Of a stretch of 43,071 nt of DNA, positions 32,754-41,493 are shown in pieces. The notes under the pieces were generated by a model. It saw only the letters and a program-made list of their open reading frames with translations. It did not search any database and was not told where the DNA came from. Each line of letters opens with the position of its first letter. The first letter of the stretch is position 1. A program made the position numbers and the translations under genes. This DNA is from Dehalococcoidia bacterium (GTDB taxonomy: Bacteria > Chloroflexota > Dehalococcoidia > Tepidiformales > Tepidiformaceae): assembly GCA_031431695.1 (NCBI GenBank), contig JANPDX010000408.1:1-43071 (forward strand), given 5' to 3'.

Positions 32754-34172
32754 ATGAGTTGGAATGTGGGCGGATTCAGTCGGGAGCAGATGGCGCGCGG
32801 CGAGGGTGGATCGACCGCGACGGACAGCGATCGCCTTGAGGAGCAGCTTCGCCGGCGCCGCGCGACTCCCTATCAGGCCTGGCGTGCGCGCATGGAGCGC
32901 AATGCTCCCGGGTCTGCGGATGCTTCCGAGCAGCGGCAGGGCACGCGTGATCGGGCTGCGGCCGTTGAGGAGGAGCGCCAGAGGGTTGAGCATGAGAAGC
33001 AGTTGCGTGATGAGGAGAAGAAGGGGAAGTGGGACGAGGAGGTCAAAAAGGGTCGCGCTTACGCTGACGATTACATGAAGCAGGGGCTGGCGGATCAGGT
33101 GTCGCTGGAGTACACGGATCCGGAGTCTGTGCGCGAAGCGGTGATGATGGGTGGGGTCGGCGCTGGTGGGGAGCGGATCGATCCGACTCCTGACGACGGG
33201 TACGAGGGGTATCGGGCTGAGCAGCCGACGAGTCAAACGGATTCGTTTGGAAACGTGAAGCAGTATCCAGATGAGCCGCAGACTGGTGATTACAAGGCCG
33301 CGGATGGTTCCTATCGCGGTAAGGATGGTGCGGACGGCAAGCGGTTGGTGCGTGAGGACAAGTCGCAGTGGGGCAAGACTCCTCAGACTGCCAGTGTGAA
33401 GATGTTGGGAAGTCACGGGCAGATGCTGGTGGACAAGGCGATGGAGCTGGGGCGGAAGTACGGATTCAAGGTCGAGATGCCTCCGGGGTATCAGGGGCAG
33501 GCGCAGGTTGCGGAGCTGGAGAAGAACGACAAGCTGCGCATGAAGGCCGCTGAGGTGAAGAAGGCGGCCGATGTGAAGCAGAAGAAGATCGAGGATGGTT
33601 GGAACGAGGTGCAGGATGAGGCTGATTCGCTCGGGTATGGGGAGCGGGCGTCGGGTCTTCGCGCGCTGTATCCGGATAAGCCTCAGCAGGCGCATGCGGA
33701 GATGCGTCGTGATGCGGTGAAGGCGTTGGCGACGAACGAGAAGAAGGCGAAGGAGTTCGAGAAGAAATTTGAGGCGAGCCAGAAGAGTATCGATGCCGAG
33801 CTGCAGAAGTTGTCGTTCATGCAGAAGGACGCGGCCGCGATGGATAAATTCAAGGAGACTTCGAACGGCAAGAAGCCCTCTGAGTCGTATGCTCGTGCGA
33901 TGGCCAAGGCGGAAGTTCAGGCTGAGCGCGTGAAGCAGTTGGTGAAGAAGCATCGCCGGATGGAGGAGGTCGTGCAGGACTATCAGGACTACCAGGGCCG
34001 GCGTGAGGAGCAGCGGCGTGGCGGTGAGCAGGGGGGCCGTGGTGGGGAGGTTGGCGATGATCGCTTTGCGCCTTACGCTCCTGGCAAGGCCCCTGAGCAT
34101 GGTAGTGAGCAGGATCAGCTCGATGTTGAGGATTCGGTGAAGGATGCGGCTGCGGAGTACGATGCGAAGTAG
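32754..34172 (+). CDS. highly charged, coiled-coil-like virion or internal protein (472 aa)
   Basis: Track ORF, Lys/Glu/Arg/Asp-rich. Placed by position. Confidence 0.65.
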   Translation: MSWNVGGFSREQMARGEGGSTATDSDRLEEQLRRRRATPYQAWRARMERNAPGSADASEQRQGTRDRAAAVEEERQRVEHEKQLRDEEKKGKWDEEVKKGRAYADDYMKQGLADQVSLEYTDPESVREAVMMGGVGAGGERIDPTPDDGYEGYRAEQPTSQTDSFGNVKQYPDEPQTGDYKAADGSYRGKDGADGKRLVREDKSQWGKTPQTASVKMLGSHGQMLVDKAMELGRKYGFKVEMPPGYQGQAQVAELEKNDKLRMKAAEVKKAADVKQKKIEDGWNEVQDEADSLGYGERASGLRALYPDKPQQAHAEMRRDAVKALATNEKKAKEFEKKFEASQKSIDAELQKLSFMQKDAAAMDKFKETSNGKKPSESYARAMAKAEVQAERVKQLVKKHRRMEEVVQDYQDYQGRREEQRRGGEQGGRGGEVGDDRFAPYAPGKAPEHGSEQDQLDVEDSVKDAAAEYDAK

Positions 34173-34250
34173 GGGTCTGGTGGTCCCTCGCGGGTATGAC
34201 GAGCGTGGATTCAAGACCTACAATCGAGCGGCTGACTAACGACTAGGGAG

Positions 34251-37200
34251 GTGCCCGTGGATGGCGTGAATGTTGTTCAGGATCCTGAGCGCCGCAAGCG
34301 GGGTATTCTGGCGCTGGCTGCGCGGAAGTACATGGCGCGCCGCGGCAAGCGGGTGGGCGCTTCGAGTGAGAGCATGCTCCGGCATTTTGAGGAATCGGGC
34401 GACACTAGCTGGTTGGCTGGTGGAGGCGAGGACGGGCAGGCGGCTGCGGAGGCGAGCGATGTGGATCCTGATCTTTTTCACTTCATGAGCGGCGGGCAGG
34501 GCCAGCAGAAGAGGAATCTCAATCTCGGGAAGCGTTCGACGCCTGAAGAGATGGATGGTGGCTCTGCGAAGAATGTTTTTCGTGAGCTGATGACTGGTGG
34601 TGAGCAACGCGATCCGAATGCTGGCGTGCTGTCGCGCGCGTGGAGCGGGGTGAAGTCGGGACAGAAGGCGGCTTCGGGTGCTGCTGGTCGGGCTTTCGGT
34701 GCTCCCCAGATGGCGCTCTGGGAGGGCTCGGAGGAGGCCGGGAAGGATATCGCGGAGGCTCCCGGTGTTCTGGGGAAGGTGGGGGCGGCGGCGATGTCTG
34801 GGGCGAAGTTGTTGGCAAAGGCTCCCGGGCGGATGCTGTCGTATGCGACTGGCAGTGATCAGGAGAACGAGGCTCGCCAGGAGCACCAGAAGGACCTGCG
34901 TACGAAGCATGGGGTTGGGCCTGATGGGTACGGCGCGATCGCGTGGATGCAGGAGCATTTCACTCCGGCGACTTTCAAGGCGATGGAGTGGATGGGGGGC
35001 GGCGATGCGTCTCACGGGATCCGGACGATTGTTGAAGATCCGTTGAATGTCGCTGGCGGTGAGCTTGTTGAAGGCGCAAAGATGGGCGCTGGGGCGATGC
35101 GGAGGTTGACCGCGAAGTTTGGTGAGAAGGCGGCGATGCAGGTTACGGAGGAGGTGTCTCGCGCGATCGCGAAGTCGAGTGCGAAGAAGATGGGTCGCGG
35201 GGGTCGTGAGGTCGCGGTGGATCTTTTTGATCGGTGGGTTGATCGGAATCCGCATGGGTCGCAGGAGCCACGCGTTCCGCTTGGGCATCGGGATGGAGTT
35301 CCGATGGCGGGTGTGCGTCCCGAGGAAATCCCCATGGCTGAGATGGCGGGTGAGCCGCCGATGGCGCAGATGCCGGGTAGGGAGATTGCGCGGCAGAAGG
35401 CTCGTGCGCTGTCTCCGAATGCGCGGCAGTTTGTTCGGGAGCGTGGCCCTGGTCGGAATCGGGTGACGTCGGCGGGAGGTGTCCCGAGTCGTCTTGAGAT
35501 CGGGCAGGCGCGGTCCCGGTATCGTGGGTTGCCTTCTCGCGGCGAGATGGGTCCTTCCCGTCCTCGGGAGTCGTTCCCTGGCATGTCTGATCATCGCGGG
35601 CGTCGTCTTCCGCCTCCGGTTGATGTTGTTGGCGAATCAGGCCGTGGCTTTCAGTCTGCGCAGGGTCGCCAGCTGGGTGATGTGATGGATCACGGTGGAG
35701 AGGCTGTTGATCAGCGCACGCTTGGCGAGGTGCTGGATCAGGGCAAGCCGAGGCCGAAGAGGAAGGCTGTGGCGAGTCGCAAGCGCGATCAGAAGATGCG
35801 TGGGCGTAATGCGATGTCGAGGAAGCAGTACGAGCGGCGCGCGAATGAGCCGAAGCCGCCGGCGAGGGGTGGTCGCGACCAGGAGCTCGGTGATCTCATG
35901 GACGGTGGTGGCCGTGATCTCGCTCGTAGGAACCAGTCGAGCTGGGAGAATCGTGGGCCGGGTGATCGTGTTCCTGTGAATGAGCCGAAGCCTTCAAAGA
36001 AGTCGGTGCCGCAGACCAGGGCTCGTGGTGGTCGTGATGCGGAGCTTGGTGAGTTGATGGACGGTGGTGGCCGTGATCTCGCTCGTAGGAACCAGTCGAG
36101 CTGGGAGAATCGTGGGATTGAGGCGCCTCAGCGTGTGAATGAGCCGAAACCTTCGAAGAAGCAGTTGCCGCAGACGAAGGCTGGCGGTGCTGACGCTCCC
36201 AAGGGGAAGAAGGTGACGACGGCGGCTGGTCGGAAGCCGGGGGCGATCAAGGAGATCAGGCTTGCCGCGAAGAATGAGGCGAAGTATCCGCATGGGCGCT
36301 TGAGCGAGGTTGAGGAGCCGAGCCGGGTTTATGGGTCTGTGATGGAAGAGGGGCTGGCGCTGAAGAGGCAGTTGGCGTCTGTCGAGTCGGACATCAAGGG
36401 GTTTGAGAAGGCGACGAAGTCTCGGGATCTTGTCAGTCGCGATCGCCTTTTGAAGCAGCGGGGTCACATCCTGAATCGGCTTGAGGAGGTTCGCGCGGAG
36501 TGGAGGCGCGGTGGTAAGCCTGCTGCGAAGAAGCCGAAGGGTGAGGTGGGCTCGAAGAAGAAATATCCGAAGGATGAGTGGACGAAGACTCAGGAGTGGC
36601 GCCGGAAGGAAGGGCATTCGACTCCCGATGAGAAGATCGGGCGCGAGACTCCAGATATTCCGATGGAGGATGGCCACGAAGACCTTGGGCGTGTTCCTAT
36701 TGTGAAGACCAAGGAGGGCGTGAAGCGCTTTCCTCCAGGGAGTGATATTCCGGAATGGGAGAGGCCGCGCCTGCCGAAGGAGGTCGTGAAGGCCAAGCGG
36801 GCGTTGAGGCAGTTGGAGGAGCGCGCGGCCAGGAGTAATCATCCGAAGAACTGGCATCCGCAGATTGAGAACGCGAAGCGTGTGCTGTCGGATGCTCTTG
36901 GACGGAAGGATGAGCCGTTGTTGTTTGGCGGCGGAGAAGATGTGTCGGATGCGATTAATTCACCGTCCATGGTGAGCGTTGGCGAGGACGCGATGTTCGA
37001 TCGCCGGCAGGCGAAGCAGTCCGGTGTCGATATGTGGGAGGATCTGAACGCCGGGATGAAGCATACGAAGCTGGAGCCTGAGGCTGTTGTTGAGGCTTCT
37101 AGCGGGGTGGATTTCAAGGGTGGGAAGCCGCAGGCCCGGTGGGAGCCGAGTGGTGAGGGTAGGCAGATTTCTCACGGCGAGCGGCAGGTGCAGGCTCTTG

Positions 37201-37424
37201 CGAAGCAGGTCGCTGAGGGTGGTGGTCGGTCGGTCGAGGCGCAGCTCGCTGACGAGCTCGTGAAGCTCTACGATTCTTCCAGACCGGATTACATCAGGAA
37301 TCTGTGGCATCGGATTGAGGCCGATCTGGGGGAGGAGGCTGCTGCCCGGGTTCGTGGCCGGATGGAGAACCTCATCAAGGATCGGGCGCGCGCGCGTGGT
37401 CGTGGGGGGCCGGGCCCTCTGTAG
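34251..37424 (+). CDS. large charged, repeat-containing virion or ejection-type protein (1057 aa)
   Basis: GTG lies after GGGAGG. Low-complexity charged sequence with internal 45/53-aa repeats. The function is inferred from position only. Confidence 0.65.
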   Translation: MPVDGVNVVQDPERRKRGILALAARKYMARRGKRVGASSESMLRHFEESGDTSWLAGGGEDGQAAAEASDVDPDLFHFMSGGQGQQKRNLNLGKRSTPEEMDGGSAKNVFRELMTGGEQRDPNAGVLSRAWSGVKSGQKAASGAAGRAFGAPQMALWEGSEEAGKDIAEAPGVLGKVGAAAMSGAKLLAKAPGRMLSYATGSDQENEARQEHQKDLRTKHGVGPDGYGAIAWMQEHFTPATFKAMEWMGGGDASHGIRTIVEDPLNVAGGELVEGAKMGAGAMRRLTAKFGEKAAMQVTEEVSRAIAKSSAKKMGRGGREVAVDLFDRWVDRNPHGSQEPRVPLGHRDGVPMAGVRPEEIPMAEMAGEPPMAQMPGREIARQKARALSPNARQFVRERGPGRNRVTSAGGVPSRLEIGQARSRYRGLPSRGEMGPSRPRESFPGMSDHRGRRLPPPVDVVGESGRGFQSAQGRQLGDVMDHGGEAVDQRTLGEVLDQGKPRPKRKAVASRKRDQKMRGRNAMSRKQYERRANEPKPPARGGRDQELGDLMDGGGRDLARRNQSSWENRGPGDRVPVNEPKPSKKSVPQTRARGGRDAELGELMDGGGRDLARRNQSSWENRGIEAPQRVNEPKPSKKQLPQTKAGGADAPKGKKVTTAAGRKPGAIKEIRLAAKNEAKYPHGRLSEVEEPSRVYGSVMEEGLALKRQLASVESDIKGFEKATKSRDLVSRDRLLKQRGHILNRLEEVRAEWRRGGKPAAKKPKGEVGSKKKYPKDEWTKTQEWRRKEGHSTPDEKIGRETPDIPMEDGHEDLGRVPIVKTKEGVKRFPPGSDIPEWERPRLPKEVVKAKRALRQLEERAARSNHPKNWHPQIENAKRVLSDALGRKDEPLLFGGGEDVSDAINSPSMVSVGEDAMFDRRQAKQSGVDMWEDLNAGMKHTKLEPEAVVEASSGVDFKGGKPQARWEPSGEGRQISHGERQVQALAKQVAEGGGRSVEAQLADELVKLYDSSRPDYIRNLWHRIEADLGEEAAARVRGRMENLIKDRARARGRGGPGPL
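35844..36190 (+). repeat. tandem coding repeat (135- and 159-bp units plus a partial third)
   Basis: NEPKP..ARGGRD.ELG.LMDGGGRDLARRNQSSWENRG is repeated. A 60-nt block is identical at 35898-35957 and 36057-36116. Confidence 0.85.
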
Positions 37425-37648
37425 CCGCCCCTGCAAAGGGCCAGCAGGCGGCGGGGGGTGGAAACGGTCCTGGGGGGCGCGGAACGCAGGCTGGGGGCGG
37501 TGGCACGCAGGCTGGGGGCCGTCGTGGCAAGGGTCTGTACGCGCCAACCAAGTATGAGAAGTGGCGGGGGGGCAACTTCCTCGCTTCCCGGGAAGAGCAT
37601 TTTCAGTCGATCGCTGGTGGCAAGGTTGGTGCCAGGATCGAGTCTTCT

Positions 37649-40339
37649 GTGCTCCAGCGTGAGGTTCGTACCGGCCGGGGCAAGCAGGAAGGTCTGGTGC
37701 GGCCTGAGAAGGCGCTGGCTGGCAGGAAGACGATGGCGTTCGTGACGAAGGTGTTCGGGGAGGCTCGGGGCGCGGCGATCGCGCGGCAGTTGCGCGGATT
37801 GCCTGTGATCGGCGGTGCGTTTGGAGTCAGGCCGGCGCGTGTGGCGGCGCTGGTGGATGCGGCCGAGACGATTCTTCGCGTCAAGAACGGGAATCCGATC
37901 TTCGGCGCGAAGCCGTTGGGCGCGAAGCATCTCACGGTGAATCAGGCGAAGGCCGCGTGGTTCGATCTCGCGACGCATGAGCAGGATGCCGTGCTGGCTT
38001 GGGTGAAGCGGCGCGAGGAGCTGCACAAGCTCTACGGTGTGGTCGGGCACCAGCAGGGGTACTTTCACCACATCTTTGAGCAGTTGGATGCGGTGGGTGG
38101 TGACGCCGGCATCATGTTGCGGGATAAGTTGGCGACGCCGCGGATGAAGCGCAAGGGGGCCGAGGGGTACAAGAAGGATTTCGCGAAGGGGTGGTCGGCT
38201 TACGAGGAGGCGTTGTCTTCCGAGAAGGCGTGGAACGATCACGTTCACGACATCGTAAATGTGGCGGGGAGGGACTGGCCTGCGAAAGCGGTGCTCCCGA
38301 AGGATTGGGTGAGAATTCCCGCGAAGATCGGGGAGGTCGAGGTGTTGGGCGCGGGCAAGATCATTCCGAAGGCGTTTTACGACAAGTGGGTGGAGGTCGC
38401 TGGCGCCGGCGCCGAGATGGGGAAGGCGATGAAGCTCATGAAGAACGTCGGCAATTTTGTGAAAACCGTTGTGTTGTCGAGCGTGAAGACATTGCTGCGG
38501 AACGTGATCGGTGGCTCCGCTCAGTACGGCATTTATTCGATGGGCCAGTTCTTCAAGGGGCTCGTTGGAATGGCGCGCGGTGAAACGGGCGCGGTGCGCG
38601 GGATGATGGCTCCTGCGCGGGGCCTTCTCGAGTCGCTTCTCCCGGCGAGCTGGGATGCGGTGCCCACTTGGGCGTTGGGTACTGGTGTCACGGGTGATGT
38701 CCAGGTGACGGGTGCGTTGAAGAAGATTACCGATGCGACGTTGGTGGCCTACAGTTCGATTGAGAATTACTTCAAGCGTGCGTTGACGATCAGTGAGTTT
38801 CGGGCTCGTGGGTTGAGTCCTTACGGGGAGCTGTCGGGTGGGAAGATGTTGAGGGCTGGCGACTTGATGGCGGAGTCGCGGCAGCTGAACAAGTCGATTC
38901 GTCGCGTCACGGACGCTTTCGCTTTCGACTACCAGGCGATCCATCCTTCGCTCCGGAAGTTCCGTGACTCGCCGCTGTCTTGGCCTCTGATGATGTTCCC
39001 GGTCTATCCGACGAAGTTTGCGCGGATGACGACGCGATTGCTGGGCGCCTTCAATCCTCTGGAGCGGATGTCTGCGGTGGAGCGTTCGGCGCGGATGATG
39101 ACGTTTGGGACGATGATGGGTGCTGGGTACTACCTGTGGCGTCGGCCGGGGGGGATTGCGGGTCTGCCGGCGGCCAAGGGATTCGATCGCCAGGGCGATA
39201 ACGATGGCGTGCGAGTTTCGTCGGACGAGAAGAGCGAGAGTTTCCTCTCCACGGAGGATTTGCCGGTGTTCGGCATGATGGAGTGGATCCTCAAGGGGCG
39301 CATGGGCGAGGCCGTCGATCGCAGCGTTGGTGGCGTTGGCGCTCCTGGGCCTGCGATCCAGTTCGCGATGATCCTGGGCGCTTCGGATCCTGCGGAGGTG
39401 AGTGGCAAGCTCGGTACGATGGCGGGGACGCTTTTGACGCCGTTTGGCCGCATGACGCGTGACGTGAAGAAGTACCAGCGGGCGCGCGATGTGGAGTCCA
39501 TGCGGAAGGCGAACAAGGAGAAGCCCGACAGTTTCTCTTCCGAGGAGATTAATGCGCGCGTGGAGCGGAAGCCGAATTCCTTCTTGGAGGGAGCCGGGGA
39601 ATTCCTTCCCTTTTCAGGGACGCGGAAGAAGGGCGATCGGCTTCCTATGTTGGATGCGGACAAGCAGTTGCTCGAGGGCGCGACTGGCATCAAGGTCACG
39701 AAGGTCGATCGGCGGGCGCGCGCGGCGAGCTGGATGAGCGCGGTGAGGGGGGAGATGAAGACTGCGCGCGATGCGGATGACAAGGATCGCGTCGAGGAGT
39801 TGGAAGAGAAGATGGAGACCGGCAAGGCGTGGTTCAATCGCGAGCGTCATGCGATCGACCTGGTGAAGGTTGATGGGAAGAAGGTGGATTTCGACAAGAT
39901 CAGCGAGCGGGAGCGGGCTGTGATTGAGCGTCTTCCTGAGCGTGCGCAGGCGCGGGTAAGGGCCGTGTTGGATGGTGACACCTTCGAGCTTATGGATGGG
40001 ACCAAGGTGAGGCTGAAAGGGGTTGATGCTCCCGAGGTGGCGCATGAGGGCAAGGGGAAGGCGAAGTTCTGGAGCGCGGAGGCGACTGCTGCTCTTGAGG
40101 CGATGGTGAAGGACAAGCCGATCTACCTCGTGGGCCGGGAGGACGAGAAGGACGAGTACGGTCGGCGCCTGGCGTACGTGTATGTTGGGGATGGGGTCCT
40201 GGTGCAGCGCGAGCTCGTGAGGCATGGGCACGGCAAGGCGCTCTTGCATTACGAATTTCTTTTCGAGAAGGAGTTCGCGGATCTGGAGCGCGCGGCCGCG
40301 AAGCGTGGCGAGGGGCTTTGGCAGGAGGAGAGTGAGTGA
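37649..40339 (+). CDS. large virion-associated protein with C-terminal staphylococcal-nuclease domain (896 aa from GTG 37649; frame is open upstream to 37319)
   Basis: Track ORF. The same frame is coding-like from about 37409 but has no ATG/GTG/TTG before 37649. The SNase motifs are at the C-terminus. Confidence 0.7.
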   Translation: MLQREVRTGRGKQEGLVRPEKALAGRKTMAFVTKVFGEARGAAIARQLRGLPVIGGAFGVRPARVAALVDAAETILRVKNGNPIFGAKPLGAKHLTVNQAKAAWFDLATHEQDAVLAWVKRREELHKLYGVVGHQQGYFHHIFEQLDAVGGDAGIMLRDKLATPRMKRKGAEGYKKDFAKGWSAYEEALSSEKAWNDHVHDIVNVAGRDWPAKAVLPKDWVRIPAKIGEVEVLGAGKIIPKAFYDKWVEVAGAGAEMGKAMKLMKNVGNFVKTVVLSSVKTLLRNVIGGSAQYGIYSMGQFFKGLVGMARGETGAVRGMMAPARGLLESLLPASWDAVPTWALGTGVTGDVQVTGALKKITDATLVAYSSIENYFKRALTISEFRARGLSPYGELSGGKMLRAGDLMAESRQLNKSIRRVTDAFAFDYQAIHPSLRKFRDSPLSWPLMMFPVYPTKFARMTTRLLGAFNPLERMSAVERSARMMTFGTMMGAGYYLWRRPGGIAGLPAAKGFDRQGDNDGVRVSSDEKSESFLSTEDLPVFGMMEWILKGRMGEAVDRSVGGVGAPGPAIQFAMILGASDPAEVSGKLGTMAGTLLTPFGRMTRDVKKYQRARDVESMRKANKEKPDSFSSEEINARVERKPNSFLEGAGEFLPFSGTRKKGDRLPMLDADKQLLEGATGIKVTKVDRRARAASWMSAVRGEMKTARDADDKDRVEELEEKMETGKAWFNRERHAIDLVKVDGKKVDFDKISERERAVIERLPERAQARVRAVLDGDTFELMDGTKVRLKGVDAPEVAHEGKGKAKFWSAEATAALEAMVKDKPIYLVGREDEKDEYGRRLAYVYVGDGVLVQRELVRHGHGKALLHYEFLFEKEFADLERAAAKRGEGLWQEESE
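39950..40330 (+). other. SNase/thermonuclease-like domain within 37649..40339
   Basis: VLDGDTFEL...VRLKGVDAPE...DEYGRRLAYVYV...LVRHGHGKA...AAKRGEGLW matches the SNase pattern (DGDT, vRL.GiDaPE, D.yGR.La, G.A, Ak....GlW). Confidence 0.75.
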
Positions 40340-41493
40340 CCACTGAGGCGAACAAGGAGTTCGAGCATGCGCGTTGGCTTCCGCCGGATCGGAAGTGGCC
40401 GTACTGGCTTGACCAGAGCATTGGGACTGCGCCGATTTCCGATCCGCAGGAGGATCCTCATCAGCGGATCGACAGGCTTGAGGAGTTCGTTCGGCAGATG
40501 AAGGATGGGCTGATTCAGGGGCTTGGGCAGAAGGTGATTGACCGGACGAATCGTGATCGTCGTCGCATCGAGTACGAATTCGGCTCGATGGAATGGTCAA
40601 CGCCGCGGGGCAATCTGGTGAAGCATGGCGGTTTCCAGGATTGGAACGCGGGTGTGACTTTGCCGAATGACTGGACGAGTACTGGTGCTGGTGGCATGAC
40701 GATTTCGAGGGTGGCGGCGCCGGCGAGCGGGCGCACGGGTACGTATGCGGTCCAGATTGCGACGACGGGAACAGAGGGTGGGGTGACGCAGGAACTTCAA
40801 TTCCACCCCGGGCAGCGGCATACGCTGGCGATTCAGTGCTACCTGGTGTCGGGGACTGGCGCGGCGATCGAGCTCGTCTATAACGGGACAGGTGGGCTGA
40901 CTGCGCGCAAGGTGTTCAATGTTACGGGTGCCGGGTTGGGTGTCGGTGCGTGGTTCGGCGTTCCCGTCGAGGGGCGCGATGTCGGCAGGATCAAGTTGCC
41001 GATCGACGCGACGACGTGCACGGTGAAGTTGTTGTCGCAGGGGACGTCGACGGTGCGTTTCGCTAATGCGCAGTTTGGTCAGGGGGTTGCGCGGAACTAC
41101 CAGATGTGGGAGGAGAACGCAGGGGATGTTGTTCCGGTTTCGACCAGTTCTGGATTGACTTATAATCCTTCGGCCACGGCCGTTTTGAATGTCTCTGGAT
41201 TGACGCCTGGTCAGTTCAATTACATTCATTCTGATGCTGTCGTCCATGGTTTCGGCGCTGTTCTTGTGACGCCGACAGCTGCTGGGTTGGCGACGTTTAG
41301 GCTGTCTATTCCTGTTGCGTCGAATTTCGCAAATACGATTCAAGCTCATGGGACTGCGGTGTGTAGTGCCGCGGCTGGTCTTTCCGGTGATCTTGCTTCG
41401 GTTGCGGCGACGGACGATCTTTTGGTGTCGATGGTGTTTCCTGATACTACTCAGCGGTCCGTGCGTATTGGTTACGGCTACGAGGTGATCTAG
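40336..41493 (+). CDS. putative tail fibre or receptor-binding protein (385 aa)
   Basis: GTG overlaps the upstream TGA, 5 nt after AGGAGGAG. A jelly-roll-like Gly/Thr-rich central region. Placed by position. Confidence 0.5.
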   Translation: MTTEANKEFEHARWLPPDRKWPYWLDQSIGTAPISDPQEDPHQRIDRLEEFVRQMKDGLIQGLGQKVIDRTNRDRRRIEYEFGSMEWSTPRGNLVKHGGFQDWNAGVTLPNDWTSTGAGGMTISRVAAPASGRTGTYAVQIATTGTEGGVTQELQFHPGQRHTLAIQCYLVSGTGAAIELVYNGTGGLTARKVFNVTGAGLGVGAWFGVPVEGRDVGRIKLPIDATTCTVKLLSQGTSTVRFANAQFGQGVARNYQMWEENAGDVVPVSTSSGLTYNPSATAVLNVSGLTPGQFNYIHSDAVVHGFGAVLVTPTAAGLATFRLSIPVASNFANTIQAHGTAVCSAAAGLSGDLASVAATDDLLVSMVFPDTTQRSVRIGYGYEVI

